In this document: piece by piece, positions 29,040-39,307 of the stretch
Position numbering within the stretch: the first letter of the stretch is position 1
Layout: each line of letters starts with the position of its first letter
Assembly: GCA_965660305.1 (NCBI GenBank)
Contig: CBFHZD010000001.1
Location: 115,040 to 179,039, forward strand
DNA from: Flavobacteriales bacterium
GTDB taxonomy: Bacteria > Bacteroidota > Bacteroidia > Flavobacteriales_D > CAJJDF01
Reading direction: 5' to 3'
Length of the DNA stretch: 64,000 bases
Program-made: the position numbers and the translations under genes
The notes under the pieces: model-generated
The model's database searches: none
Seen by the model: only the letters and a program-made list of their open reading frames with translations
What the model was told of the DNA's origin: nothing

Positions 29040-31097
29040 TTATTTTTCCTCTGTTTCCTCTTCAATCACAGAGAATGAAGTTCTTCTGTTGAGCTGATGA
29101 TACTTATTAAACAGGGCCGTGTTTGATGATTTCAAAGCCATGATCATATCACATTCAAGCGTTTTATCAGCACCAGCTTCTGTTATTACTCTCGGCTGAG
29201 ATTCTCCAAAACCTTTTGCCACTAATCTACTTCTGTCAATTCCCTTCGATATGAGGAAGTCAACACAAGTTTGCGCTCTTCTTTGTGATAACTCCAAGTT
29301 TCTTTTGTCAGAATCTCTACAGTCTGTATGCGACTCCAGCTGAACTTTTATAGTTGGGTTATCGAGCATTATGTTGTACAAAAACAACAATGAATCTTCA
29401 GAGTTCACGGTTTCGTTAACCAGTAAGGTTGCCTTTCCTAGAGGATACTGTACTTCTGGCATTATGATTGGCTTACATCCAATAGCACATACGAGTTCAA
29501 CATCCTCGTAAAACGTTTCGTTACAATAATCTCCTACGGTTGTTCTTTTCGACTTTCTTGTTAACCAAAATTTCTTTTCGTTTTTGTGAGAATATTCGAG
29601 CGTGTAATTCACATCTTTATTCACGTATCTCCCTGTTCCTCTTTTTCCAAACTCAAAGTTTCCTTCAGAATCGGTTTTGATTGTAGCAGTGGAACCATCA
29701 GAGCCAGTAAGCATAACTGAAGCTCCAGCCAGTGGTTCTTTTGTTTCCTGATCTCTTACTCTTCCCTTTATAGTTAAGGCACATTCTGGTAAATCAAATT
29801 TGAAAATATCTGATTTTTGATCCATTTCATTTTTACCTAATCTACTTGAAGAAAAGTAACCTGAATTTTGATTGTTTCTCTTAAAAACGATTCCGTGATC
29901 ATCCTTTGATGAGTTGATAGGAACTCCCATATTTTCTGGTTGTGTCCATTTGTTAGAGGTACCTATTTTTTTCGCCTTGAAAATATCTAAGCCTCCAATA
30001 CCTGGCAACCCATTTGATGAGAAATACAGAGTGCCATCTGGACCCATAGTTGGAAATTTTTCATCTCCAGCAGTGTTAATGGCAGTCCCCAAATTTTTTG
30101 GAGTTCCCCATTGTTTTTCTCTCTTGTTGTATTCTGAAATCCATAAGTCTTTTCCTCCTCTTCCTCCAGGCATATCAGAAGAAAAAACAACAAAAGTTCC
30201 TTTTCTGTCGGTAGCGGGGTGACCGTTTGAAAACCCAAGAGAATCTGTCAATGGAATACGAACAGGATCACTCCAGTTTTTACCTCTTTTGTCTGCGGTG
30301 TATATTTGACAACCACTTACCTTATTCTTTTCTTTTTTACATCGTGTAAACATGATGCTGTTACTTCCGTTATACATAACAGCAGAAGCTTCATGATCTT
30401 CAGTATTAATATTATTACCAACCGATTTTGGCTCGCCAAAATTACCATTCCTATCTGCTCTTGTCACCCATAAGTCCGAGTATTCTTCATTGGCAACAAT
30501 ATCATTGATACTACCTACCGAAGCCTTTCTTGTCGAAGAAAAAATATACTCTTCTCCTCTCTTATCAAATTGAGCAATAGACCAATCGTAATTTTCGGAG
30601 TTCAATTCCTTTACCGCTTTTACCTTGTGCTTTGTAGGGTTGGCTAAAATGTCGTTTACATTTTCAATTGCTTTGACACCTTTTTTAGCCATTTCATCAT
30701 TTGGATCCTTTTTCAAGGCCATTTCAAAATTTCTTTTTGCTTGTTTGTAATCAGCGTCCTGCATTTGCATTTGAGCTAGCCTCACATACAAGTCTGGCTC
30801 GTATCTTTCGTATTTAAAACGTAGTGCTCTTTCGTAATTTTCTTTCGCTTTTTTATTATCCCCAATGTATTGACTGGCCACAGCAATGTGATAAGTAATA
30901 AATCCCTTTTCTTTTGTTCCTTTCGCTTTTGGATAGGCCTTATCAAACAACATGATGGCATCAAAGTACTTGGATTCATTGAACGATTTCTCTGCCGATT
31001 TTGTATTTTTACTAAAGTACTCGCCCTCTTTTTTTTGAGCGTTTGTAGTAAATGAAAGCATCAAAAGCAGTACAAGCAGAATATTAATTTTCTTCAT
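29040..31097 (-). CDS. OmpA-family outer-membrane-associated protein with TPR and TolB-like repeats
   Basis: Signal peptide, TPR-like N-terminal region, PD40/WD40-like repeats and a C-terminal OmpA-like domain (TDCRDSDKRNLELSQRRAQTCVDFL). Confidence 0.8.
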   Translation of the reverse strand: MKKINILLVLLLMLSFTTNAQKKEGEYFSKNTKSAEKSFNESKYFDAIMLFDKAYPKAKGTKEKGFITYHIAVASQYIGDNKKAKENYERALRFKYERYEPDLYVRLAQMQMQDADYKQAKRNFEMALKKDPNDEMAKKGVKAIENVNDILANPTKHKVKAVKELNSENYDWSIAQFDKRGEEYIFSSTRKASVGSINDIVANEEYSDLWVTRADRNGNFGEPKSVGNNINTEDHEASAVMYNGSNSIMFTRCKKEKNKVSGCQIYTADKRGKNWSDPVRIPLTDSLGFSNGHPATDRKGTFVVFSSDMPGGRGGKDLWISEYNKREKQWGTPKNLGTAINTAGDEKFPTMGPDGTLYFSSNGLPGIGGLDIFKAKKIGTSNKWTQPENMGVPINSSKDDHGIVFKRNNQNSGYFSSSRLGKNEMDQKSDIFKFDLPECALTIKGRVRDQETKEPLAGASVMLTGSDGSTATIKTDSEGNFEFGKRGTGRYVNKDVNYTLEYSHKNEKKFWLTRKSKRTTVGDYCNETFYEDVELVCAIGCKPIIMPEVQYPLGKATLLVNETVNSEDSLLFLYNIMLDNPTIKVQLESHTDCRDSDKRNLELSQRRAQTCVDFLISKGIDRSRLVAKGFGESQPRVITEAGADKTLECDMIMALKSSNTALFNKYHQLNRRTSFSVIEEETEEK

Positions 31098-31214
31098 AAA
31101 ATGAATTTTTCTTTTTTTTGAGTAATACTGACGAAAATAACAATAATTTTCTTTTTTAAAAATTAATAAGTAGTTTATTCAGCCTTTACAACCAATTACA
31201 AATTTCACTGCTTG

Positions 31215-33884
31215 TTAAAACTTAGCTATTAATTTTAAATTTATGATTCTTGAGGTAAGACGATTGGGTATAGCGTATTGTCTCCCGTTGGTGGCCTGAA
31301 CAAAATTGTAAGAAACAGTGTTGTCCACACCAAGAAGATTAAATATTTCTAAACTCACGGAAACTTGTTCGAAGTTAGACAAAGCACTTCCCTCTCTTGC
31401 TGGATGCTCTTTTGAAACGAAATCCTTTACAAATCCAATATCCACTCTTAAATACCTTGGCGTTCTGGGAATATTTGAGGCATCTTCATAAAACGGATCA
31501 ACTAGTTGAGTTTTTTTTAAATAAGGAAAACCTGTGTTGTAAACGAAGTTTAGATTCATTTTGAATTTATCCCATTTTATTTTTTGCGTATTCCAGCTAG
31601 AAGGCATTTTATCCTGAAACGACAATCCAAAGGACATGCGTTGATCTGTTGGCCGAGGTATGAAGCCGGGATAAAACGCCACTGAATCTACTTTCGTATC
31701 ATCATTCGTGAATCCCGGAATAATTGTATCCCCTGAAGCATTGAGGTAGGTGTAATGTATATCGTCTGCAATATCAATTTTAGTTGACATAATTGATAGA
31801 GTTGCCCAAGACTCCAGGTCTTGAATAAATTTCCCATTTAGCTTTAAATCTATTCCCGTAGAATAAGCCCTAGCATTATTTTCAGCATAATACCGAATTC
31901 TTACGTTGTCAACATCATAGGGTATCACTCTATCCATTAATTTGTAATACACTTCAGAGGTAAGTTTAAAATCCTTTTCCCAGGCATTGAAAATATAATC
32001 GCCTCCCAACACAAAATGGAGAGATCTTTGGGCTTGGATATTGTCATTTAATGTTCCATCCATCCTCCTGTATTCTCTGTAAAAGGGCGGCTGTTGATAC
32101 ACTCCAATTGCAGCTCTTAATGACACATCTCTTCTTTTTATACTTCCTGAGTCGTCCTGAAAATATAAAAGAGGACGAAACTTAAAAGAGGTTCTGGGAC
32201 TCACTACAAACTCCTGATTGAAAGTCCAATAGTTGGCCCTTATTCCTGCCGTAAATATGAGCTGTTTGTAACCGGTAAGAATTGAATCTTGGCTAACTGA
32301 CGAATCTGAGAGGTTTTTGTAATACTTAAATCTTTTTTGAGATTTTTTAGTTCTTGTCCAAGTATTTTGAACATAGCCAGAAAACCGACCGGTTTCTACT
32401 CTGTTTTTTGATCGTACAGAATTTTCAAAGTCTAGATATTGGTAGGGTTGGGCGCTAGAATCCGTATATCCTATCGAATCTGAAGGTCGAGGTGTAATAA
32501 ATCCGGCAGAGTCTGTAAAGTTCCATTCTTTTAACTGATCATTTATAACGTCATACTGAGCTTTAACTCCCCATTGCAAATGGTTTTTTCTGTACCTTCG
32601 ACTTCCTTTATGTGACAAAGTAGTGACAGTTGCATCCAAAGTATTTCTGGCATGACGCAAGAAGCCTCCAACCCCTAAATTAAAGGCCACTTCCCCAAAG
32701 TTATCTTGCCCGGGATCTCTTTCTAATTCATCAAGAAAATATTGTCCTTCAACATCGTATAATTCCTCCTGGTAGGTATTGAAAGCTGAGGCAATAAATT
32801 TCAATTCTGTTGAGTCATTTGGCTTGTATTTACTCGCAAAAGCGCCAGTAAACGTTTGAAACTGGGTTATCTCACTTCCATCAAAGAACACAGTAAAACG
32901 CAAAGCTTGATTGATAGAACCAAAACTTGTCTCTCTATTTTCTGGCACAACTTTGTATCGATTTAGGGCATAGTTTCCTAAAAATGAATGTTCCCAATTT
33001 TCGGAAGGAGTATAAGTTATGTAGGTTTGTAAATCTCCAAACAGTGGTTGATATTCTCCTTGGGTATCTAATGCTCCCAATAGATATCTGTTACTTCTAA
33101 AGCGGCCTCCTGTATTATGAGTCCAAAGTTGGTTTTTTGAAATACCCTCTAAATGAACATTCGCTCCCAACAAACTCAAATAGGCTGACCCTCCAAATTC
33201 CGAGGGCTTTTTGTAAGTTACATCCAACACAGAAGAAAGCTTGTCACCATATCGGGATTGAAAACCACCAGCCGAAAACTGAATGTCATCCACCATACTG
33301 GAATTAATAAAACTCAACCCTTCTTGTTGACCACTACTGGCCAGGAATGGACGATATATCTCAATGTCATTCACGTAAATAAGGTTCTCTTCAAAGTTTC
33401 CACCACGAACGTTATAACCAGAGCTCAATTCATTATTCATGGCAACACCGATCTCGCTCGAAAGTCGCGCTTCAAAATTTCCACTGGCAGTAGGAAATAA
33501 TTGGTCATCTACCTTAATTAAGGTAAGCATAGTTTCATCTGTGCTTTTTGTAACAACCGTGTATTCAGGTAATACTCTAAACTTGAATATAGGATAAATG
33601 ATTTTTGTTTCTCCAGGTCTTAGGAAGTACTTGACGTTTTTTTGTTGGTAAGAGGAATGAGAAATTCTAATTTTTATAGATCCAGAAGGCACCAAGAGTT
33701 TAAAATTTCCCAGCGAGTCTGTTGTAGTTCCTCCAGCCGAACCAACAAAAGAAATATTGGCATCTGACACAGCATAGCCAATTTCGTTGATTAGCGTTCC
33801 TTTTATTGTGGCAGCATTTTGAGCAAGGCTCAACAGAGGCAACACAAATCCAAGTATGAACAAGATTTTCTTCATCGAAATCAA
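31215..33884 (-). CDS. TonB-dependent receptor-like outer membrane protein with CarboxypepD_reg-like N-domain
   Basis: Signal peptide, then a TIKGTL...SDANISF carboxypeptidase-regulatory-like domain. A plug-like region and a long beta-barrel ending in an aromatic residue (KF) follow. Confidence 0.75.
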   Translation of the reverse strand: MISMKKILFILGFVLPLLSLAQNAATIKGTLINEIGYAVSDANISFVGSAGGTTTDSLGNFKLLVPSGSIKIRISHSSYQQKNVKYFLRPGETKIIYPIFKFRVLPEYTVVTKSTDETMLTLIKVDDQLFPTASGNFEARLSSEIGVAMNNELSSGYNVRGGNFEENLIYVNDIEIYRPFLASSGQQEGLSFINSSMVDDIQFSAGGFQSRYGDKLSSVLDVTYKKPSEFGGSAYLSLLGANVHLEGISKNQLWTHNTGGRFRSNRYLLGALDTQGEYQPLFGDLQTYITYTPSENWEHSFLGNYALNRYKVVPENRETSFGSINQALRFTVFFDGSEITQFQTFTGAFASKYKPNDSTELKFIASAFNTYQEELYDVEGQYFLDELERDPGQDNFGEVAFNLGVGGFLRHARNTLDATVTTLSHKGSRRYRKNHLQWGVKAQYDVINDQLKEWNFTDSAGFITPRPSDSIGYTDSSAQPYQYLDFENSVRSKNRVETGRFSGYVQNTWTRTKKSQKRFKYYKNLSDSSVSQDSILTGYKQLIFTAGIRANYWTFNQEFVVSPRTSFKFRPLLYFQDDSGSIKRRDVSLRAAIGVYQQPPFYREYRRMDGTLNDNIQAQRSLHFVLGGDYIFNAWEKDFKLTSEVYYKLMDRVIPYDVDNVRIRYYAENNARAYSTGIDLKLNGKFIQDLESWATLSIMSTKIDIADDIHYTYLNASGDTIIPGFTNDDTKVDSVAFYPGFIPRPTDQRMSFGLSFQDKMPSSWNTQKIKWDKFKMNLNFVYNTGFPYLKKTQLVDPFYEDASNIPRTPRYLRVDIGFVKDFVSKEHPAREGSALSNFEQVSVSLEIFNLLGVDNTVSYNFVQATNGRQYAIPNRLTSRIINLKLIAKF

Positions 33885-33950
33885 AAGTACTAAATAGTCT
33901 GAAGTATCAATTAGGTTCTTTCAATTTCTTTGAAAGACAGGATAAAACGT

Positions 33951-34499
33951 TCACCTTTCAGCTTTATTATCCAGAACCTCTTTTAGTCTGTTGACTTGGG
34001 GAATGTGATGTTTTAGATGGTTAATCAAAAATGACAATGTTTGATTCATACTCAAAAGTCCTGCCTTGGGATGTAAAAACACTCCTTTATTCAATTGCTC
34101 TTTTGGAAACGTTTCTACCGTTTTTATCAGAAACATCCGTGAACTATCCCATTTCTCTTTCAGCTCAGTATAATTGGATCCTCTTTCAGGTTGGGACAAA
34201 ACTGAAGGCACCTTGAATTTTTGATTTGATTGCAATTTCTTATCTAGGAATTTGCTTTTCAAAAAATTTTTCAAACCTACTTTTGGCTGTTCGGCTATGT
34301 TTTTTAGTCGATAATTAATGTACTTGTTAATCCCGGTTTCAGAATCAATCAAATGTTCCAACACTTGTGCAATGCACCATTCATTTTTATCGGGTCTGTA
34401 ATTCAATTCTTCTTCCGAATAGGAAGCTATCGAAAGCAACAACTTCTCTTTCAAGTCTGAGAGCTCAATGTATTTCAGTATGAGTTTATTGGTACGCAA
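33951..34499 (-). CDS. DinB-family protein
   Basis: 182 aa four-helix DinB-like pattern with conserved His residues (QVLEHLIDSE ... INHLKHHIPQ). Confidence 0.7.
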   Translation of the reverse strand: MRTNKLILKYIELSDLKEKLLLSIASYSEEELNYRPDKNEWCIAQVLEHLIDSETGINKYINYRLKNIAEQPKVGLKNFLKSKFLDKKLQSNQKFKVPSVLSQPERGSNYTELKEKWDSSRMFLIKTVETFPKEQLNKGVFLHPKAGLLSMNQTLSFLINHLKHHIPQVNRLKEVLDNKAER

Positions 34500-34511
34500 A
34501 AATCAAGTAAG

Positions 34512-36068
34512 TTAGTTTAGTTCAATCAAGGTAAGGTTATCTTCTAAGCTTATCAAATTGTGAACAATTTTTTTGATTAAATCTTCTTCATAGTAAGAAA
34601 TGATATTGGTCTTTCTTTCTTGAAAAGTTCCATCAGGAAAAAAAGTTTCTTTAATTTTTTGAATGCGACCCAAAGCTACAGCATGGTTCTTTTTCTCCGC
34701 TTTTAATGTCTTTTTTTCAATTTTCCGTATCGAGTTTTGGGCTCTTTTGAGTTCGGCAATTACGCTTTTTTCAAGAGTAAAATCAATTTGAGAAGCTTTG
34801 TCTTTAGCCAATGAAAATAACTTTTCAATTTCAGTAATCTCTTGTTCGAAATTAATATCGGTATTTCTCTCTAAGTATAGAGAGTTTAACTCATCTTGTT
34901 TCAGGAAGTACTGAGAAAGTGAAAAAGGGGTTTCTGATATTTTTTTTGAAATATGAGCAGGAATCAACACCGCTGAGTTTCTTAAAACCAATAATGGAAA
35001 GTTTACTTGATAGAGCTCAAAAGCATTTTTTAATTGCAACCAATAAGCCAGTTCGCCTGGCCCTCCAACATAACCCAAATTCGGTAAAATTTTCTCTTGA
35101 TATATTGGCCTCATCACCACATTAGGACTAAATTTCTCGGGGGATTCCTTGAGAATTTCAAGTATTTCATTTTCGGTAAATGAAAGCTCTGTGTTTAACA
35201 CTTTGTATGTTCCTTCCTCAAAAACAATTCTTTCTCTCAGACCATTCTCTTGGTAAAATAAATTGATTTCACGGGGTGTGACTTGTTTTTTATAACCTTG
35301 ACTTATTAACTTTTCACTGGTCTCATTTACTTTTACCTCTGATTGTCTTTTGGTCAATTCTTGAGCAAATATTGGGATCATTTCTTTTTTCAATCCAATT
35401 GAATCTGCATCAATAATAACTAGTCCATAATCTCCAAACAAGGAATCTACAACAGCACGGTGGGCCTCTGCTAAATTAGCTGCACTTTCATAAATTTTAC
35501 AGAGATTCTTGGTTAAATCACTCTGATTTAGCAACCTCAACTCATCCAGAAACGACCCCATATCGGCAGTTGAAAATCTACCAACCGGTCCTTTTTGAGA
35601 CGAGTTCCAAGTCACCTTTTTCTCGTGTAAATAGAGGTGATTTATTTCTTCAAAGTCATGATCTTCGGTTGCCATCCAAAAAACAGGAACAATGTTATAG
35701 TTAGGATGTTTTTTTGCTAATTCTTGTGCAAGGTTTATTGTGGAAATGATTTTATACAAGGAATAAAGTGGCCCAGTGAACAAACAAATTTGGTGGCCTG
35801 TTGTAATTGTATAAGTATTCTTTTCTCTCAACAACTGAATATTTGCTTGGCTCTTTTTACTCGAGTTTGCATTTTGTTTTTCTAGTTCATTTACAAGAAC
35901 CTCTCGATTTACTTCTTTCCTTTTTTTTAGTGATTTCTCGAAATTTTCAACAGAAGGTTCAAGATCTATGAACTCCGTGAACTTATTTGTGCTGTACAAA
36001 TAATCCATAGCGGTTCCCGAGAGGAGTTTAATTTCTTTGAAAGGTATTTTATGAACTGATTTTTTCAA
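34512..36068 (-). CDS. bshC: Bacillithiol biosynthesis cysteine-adding enzyme BshC
   Basis: 518 aa. Contains the TTGHQICLFTGPLYSLYKI motif and a C-terminal coiled-coil region typical of BshC. Confidence 0.8.
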   Translation of the reverse strand: MKKSVHKIPFKEIKLLSGTAMDYLYSTNKFTEFIDLEPSVENFEKSLKKRKEVNREVLVNELEKQNANSSKKSQANIQLLREKNTYTITTGHQICLFTGPLYSLYKIISTINLAQELAKKHPNYNIVPVFWMATEDHDFEEINHLYLHEKKVTWNSSQKGPVGRFSTADMGSFLDELRLLNQSDLTKNLCKIYESAANLAEAHRAVVDSLFGDYGLVIIDADSIGLKKEMIPIFAQELTKRQSEVKVNETSEKLISQGYKKQVTPREINLFYQENGLRERIVFEEGTYKVLNTELSFTENEILEILKESPEKFSPNVVMRPIYQEKILPNLGYVGGPGELAYWLQLKNAFELYQVNFPLLVLRNSAVLIPAHISKKISETPFSLSQYFLKQDELNSLYLERNTDINFEQEITEIEKLFSLAKDKASQIDFTLEKSVIAELKRAQNSIRKIEKKTLKAEKKNHAVALGRIQKIKETFFPDGTFQERKTNIISYYEEDLIKKIVHNLISLEDNLTLIELN

Positions 36069-36096
36069 TACTGAGATGGATTAATTGAGTAATAAA

Positions 36097-36447
36097 CTAG
36101 TCAAATTTAATTAAAGATTCCTTTATAATGCTACCTAACAAAGCGATATTAATGTCCTTATTTGGGTCAATGGTAATTGCTTTCATCTGCCTTCTGCTCT
36201 CCAACTCTAATTCTGGTCGATTGATATGGAGACTTCTTACAAAACAAACATAGGGTAAGTTCTTTTTTTTGTTCACCCAAAGATAGCAAAATGGTTTTTT
36301 GTTGTAGTAAAAAAAAGGGAGTTTCCATTTCCATTTCTCTTCCAATAAATGGTTCTGTTCAAGAATAAATTGTTTCAAAAACAAAAAGCAACTTCTATTG
36401 GGTTCGGATTGGGATTCATAAAATTGTTCTAATTCAGTCATGTGCAA
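36097..36447 (-). CDS. Small DUF1801/YdhG-like protein
   Basis: 116 aa. Family assignment is a weak impression from sequence only. Confidence 0.4.
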   Translation of the reverse strand: MHMTELEQFYESQSEPNRSCFLFLKQFILEQNHLLEEKWKWKLPFFYYNKKPFCYLWVNKKKNLPYVCFVRSLHINRPELELESRRQMKAITIDPNKDINIALLGSIIKESLIKFD

Positions 36448-36557
36448 TAAGCCTTTTGAATAAAAGTAAATGTATAGGAAAAGCGAAACAATATTTTCTG
36501 TGAATTAATCGCCTTTTTTCACAAAGCCTTTTAACTTTGATAATTATTAAACACTTT

Positions 36558-38531
36558 ATGGAATTTAAGAATAATTTATCAAAAGAGACTCAATTGGAGC
36601 TCTATAAATCGCTCATTACCCCTCGCATGATTGAGGAGAAAATGTTGATTTACCTGCGTCAGGGCAAAATCTCCAAATGGTTTTCGGGAATTGGGCAGGA
36701 AGCCATTTCTGTGGGGTGTACAAAAGCGATGGAATCGGACGAATTTATTTTACCCATGCACAGAAATTTGGGTGTATTTACGTCTAGAGAGATTGAATTT
36801 GAACAATTATTTTTACAATTTCAAGGAAAAAACGGTGGATTTACAAAAGGAAGGGATCGGTCTTTTCATTTTGGATCAAGTGCTCACAACTTGGTGGGAA
36901 TGATTTCACACTTGGGACCTCAATTGGGAATTGCAGACGGAATAGCCTTAGGCAATCTGATAAAGAAAAACAACAAAGTAACATTGGTATTTTCAGGTGA
37001 TGGAGGAGCCAGCGAAGGAGATTTTCATGAAGCCCTCAATGTAGCAGCTGTATGGAAATTACCAGTCATTTTCGTCATCGAAAACAACCAATGGGGACTT
37101 TCCACTCCCTCCAATCAGCAGTTTGCTTGCAAGCAGTTTATAGACAAAGGGATTGGATACGGAATGGAAGCCGTTCAGCTAGACGGAAACAATATCATTG
37201 AAGTTTATGAAGGAATATCTAAGCTAAAAAAAGACATCAGCAATAATCCAAGACCTGTTCTGGTTGAGTGCATGACATTCAGAAGAAGAGGACACGAGGA
37301 AGCTTCTGGTACAAAGTATTACCCAGAGGGATTGATAGAAAAATGGGAAGAAAAGGATCCCGTAGCTAACTACGAATCCTATTTGTTAGCTAACAACCTC
37401 ATTGATGCAGAAACAATAGAAAAATGGAAAAAAGAAATCACAAATGAAGTAGCTGAAGGTTTTAAAAAAGCTACCGAAACTGAAAAAATCATTCCTGATA
37501 CTTCATTGGAGCTTGCTGATATGTTTGCGCCTCATAGTTTTTCCGAAACCTTACCAGCTGGACCTAAAAAAGAAATGAGGTTGATAGATGCTGTTTCAGA
37601 TGGGCTGAGACTGGCCATGAGAAAACATAAAAATCTTGTTTTGATGGGACAAGATATCGCAGATTATGGCGGAGTATTTAAGGTAACCGAAGGATTTCTT
37701 GAAGAGTTTGGAGAAGACAGAGTTCGGAATACTCCCTTGTGTGAATCGGCAATTGTTGGAGCCGCTTTGGGACTTTCCATCAATGGATTCAAAGCCATGA
37801 TGGAAATGCAATTCTCCGATTTTGTAACCGTTGGGTTCAATCAAATTGTAAATAATTTGGCTAAAATTCACTACCGCTGGGGTCAAAATGCGGATGTTGT
37901 CGTGAGAATGCCAACCGGTGCAGGAGTGGCTGCAGGCCCATTTCATTCTCAAAGTACCGAAGGATGGTTTTTTCATACACCAGGACTTAAGATTGTTTAC
38001 CCATCTTCGCCAAGAGAAGCCAAAGGATTGTTAATCGCATCCTTTGAAGATCCAAATCCAGTATTGTTTTTTGAACATAAAGGATTGTACCGTTCCATTT
38101 CAGAAGAAGTGGAAGAAGACTACTTTACACTAGAAATTGGAAAAGCAAATGTAGTAAAACAAGGAAATGATATTGCTGTCGTAACTTACGGCTTAGGAGT
38201 TCACTGGGCAAAAGATTTACAAAAAAACAATCCAGATGTGTCCATAGAAATCATTGACTTAAGGACATTGAGCCCTCTTGACACCGAAACAATTTACAAA
38301 TCGGTGAAGAAAACAAATCGAGTTATTGTGTTGCATGAGGCGAATACCACCGGAGGTGTTGGAGCTGAGATTGCAACTTTAATCAATGAAAATTGTTTTG
38401 AAAGTTTAGATGCACCAGTCAAAAGATTGGGAAGTTTAGATACTCCAGTGCCATTTGCTGCCGAATTGGAACAGAATTTTTTCCCTTTAGAAGAATTACA
38501 AGACACACTGACTGAATTAATGGCCTACTAA
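36558..38531 (+). CDS. Fused alpha/beta E1 component of a 2-oxoacid (branched-chain-type) dehydrogenase
   Basis: TPP-binding GDGGASEGDFHEALN in the N-terminal half, transketolase-like pyrimidine-binding and C-terminal domains in the second half. Start moved from TTG 36537 to ATG 36558. Confidence 0.85.
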   Translation: MEFKNNLSKETQLELYKSLITPRMIEEKMLIYLRQGKISKWFSGIGQEAISVGCTKAMESDEFILPMHRNLGVFTSREIEFEQLFLQFQGKNGGFTKGRDRSFHFGSSAHNLVGMISHLGPQLGIADGIALGNLIKKNNKVTLVFSGDGGASEGDFHEALNVAAVWKLPVIFVIENNQWGLSTPSNQQFACKQFIDKGIGYGMEAVQLDGNNIIEVYEGISKLKKDISNNPRPVLVECMTFRRRGHEEASGTKYYPEGLIEKWEEKDPVANYESYLLANNLIDAETIEKWKKEITNEVAEGFKKATETEKIIPDTSLELADMFAPHSFSETLPAGPKKEMRLIDAVSDGLRLAMRKHKNLVLMGQDIADYGGVFKVTEGFLEEFGEDRVRNTPLCESAIVGAALGLSINGFKAMMEMQFSDFVTVGFNQIVNNLAKIHYRWGQNADVVVRMPTGAGVAAGPFHSQSTEGWFFHTPGLKIVYPSSPREAKGLLIASFEDPNPVLFFEHKGLYRSISEEVEEDYFTLEIGKANVVKQGNDIAVVTYGLGVHWAKDLQKNNPDVSIEIIDLRTLSPLDTETIYKSVKKTNRVIVLHEANTTGGVGAEIATLINENCFESLDAPVKRLGSLDTPVPFAAELEQNFFPLEELQDTLTELMAY

Positions 38532-39307
38532 TGAAAAGAACGACTTACTTTTTTGGTTTTGCCTTTATTTTTCTGTTCGGATGCCAGACCTACGTGGTAA
38601 CCAGCACAGAAAGTACTAACCAACCTATTGTAGAAACTCAGTCCGAAAATACCGAGCTGACAACAATAATAACTCCCTATAAGGATAGCTTATCAAAAAC
38701 AATGAATGGAATAATAGGATATTCCGAAGAAGAACTAACCACAGGTAGTCCAGAAGGGAAATTAGGGAATTTTATTGCAGACTTAAGCTTGAGCATTGGG
38801 AACCAAAGATACGACAGCCTCATGTCCGACACTGCTGATTTTGTGATTTTGAACAATGGAGGATTTAGAACATTTATGCCGGCCGGAGCAATTACAACAG
38901 GCAAAATATTTGAGATAATGCCCTTTGAAAATGAATTGGTAGTCGTTACTCTTTCGATAAAAAAAACGGTAGAATTGTTCGAGTACATTGGAGCAAAAAC
39001 AGTGAAAGACGGAAACCGGAAGCAAGGGGTTCCAATTTCGGGAAATGTGAGAGTAGAATTAATGGGCAATACACCAATCGAAGTATTGGTTGACTCAATT
39101 AGGTTGAGAGGAAGACCTTACAAGGTAATTACTACAGATTATTTGGCCAACGGTGGCGACAACATGAGTTTCTTTTTGGAGCCTTTAAACTATGAAAAAT
39201 TAGACCTAAAATTGAGAGATGCGATTCTCCAACAAATAGATAACCTAGAACAGAACGGACTAAAAGTATCAGCGGATCTCGACAAAAGAATACAATATGT
39301 TGACTAG
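38531..39307 (+). CDS. 5'-nucleotidase C-terminal-domain lipoprotein
   Basis: Lipobox FLFGC. UshA C-terminal-domain-like sequence (GNFIADL, NNGGFR, TTDYLANGGDN). TAATG overlap with the upstream gene. Confidence 0.75.
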   Translation: MKRTTYFFGFAFIFLFGCQTYVVTSTESTNQPIVETQSENTELTTIITPYKDSLSKTMNGIIGYSEEELTTGSPEGKLGNFIADLSLSIGNQRYDSLMSDTADFVILNNGGFRTFMPAGAITTGKIFEIMPFENELVVVTLSIKKTVELFEYIGAKTVKDGNRKQGVPISGNVRVELMGNTPIEVLVDSIRLRGRPYKVITTDYLANGGDNMSFFLEPLNYEKLDLKLRDAILQQIDNLEQNGLKVSADLDKRIQYVD

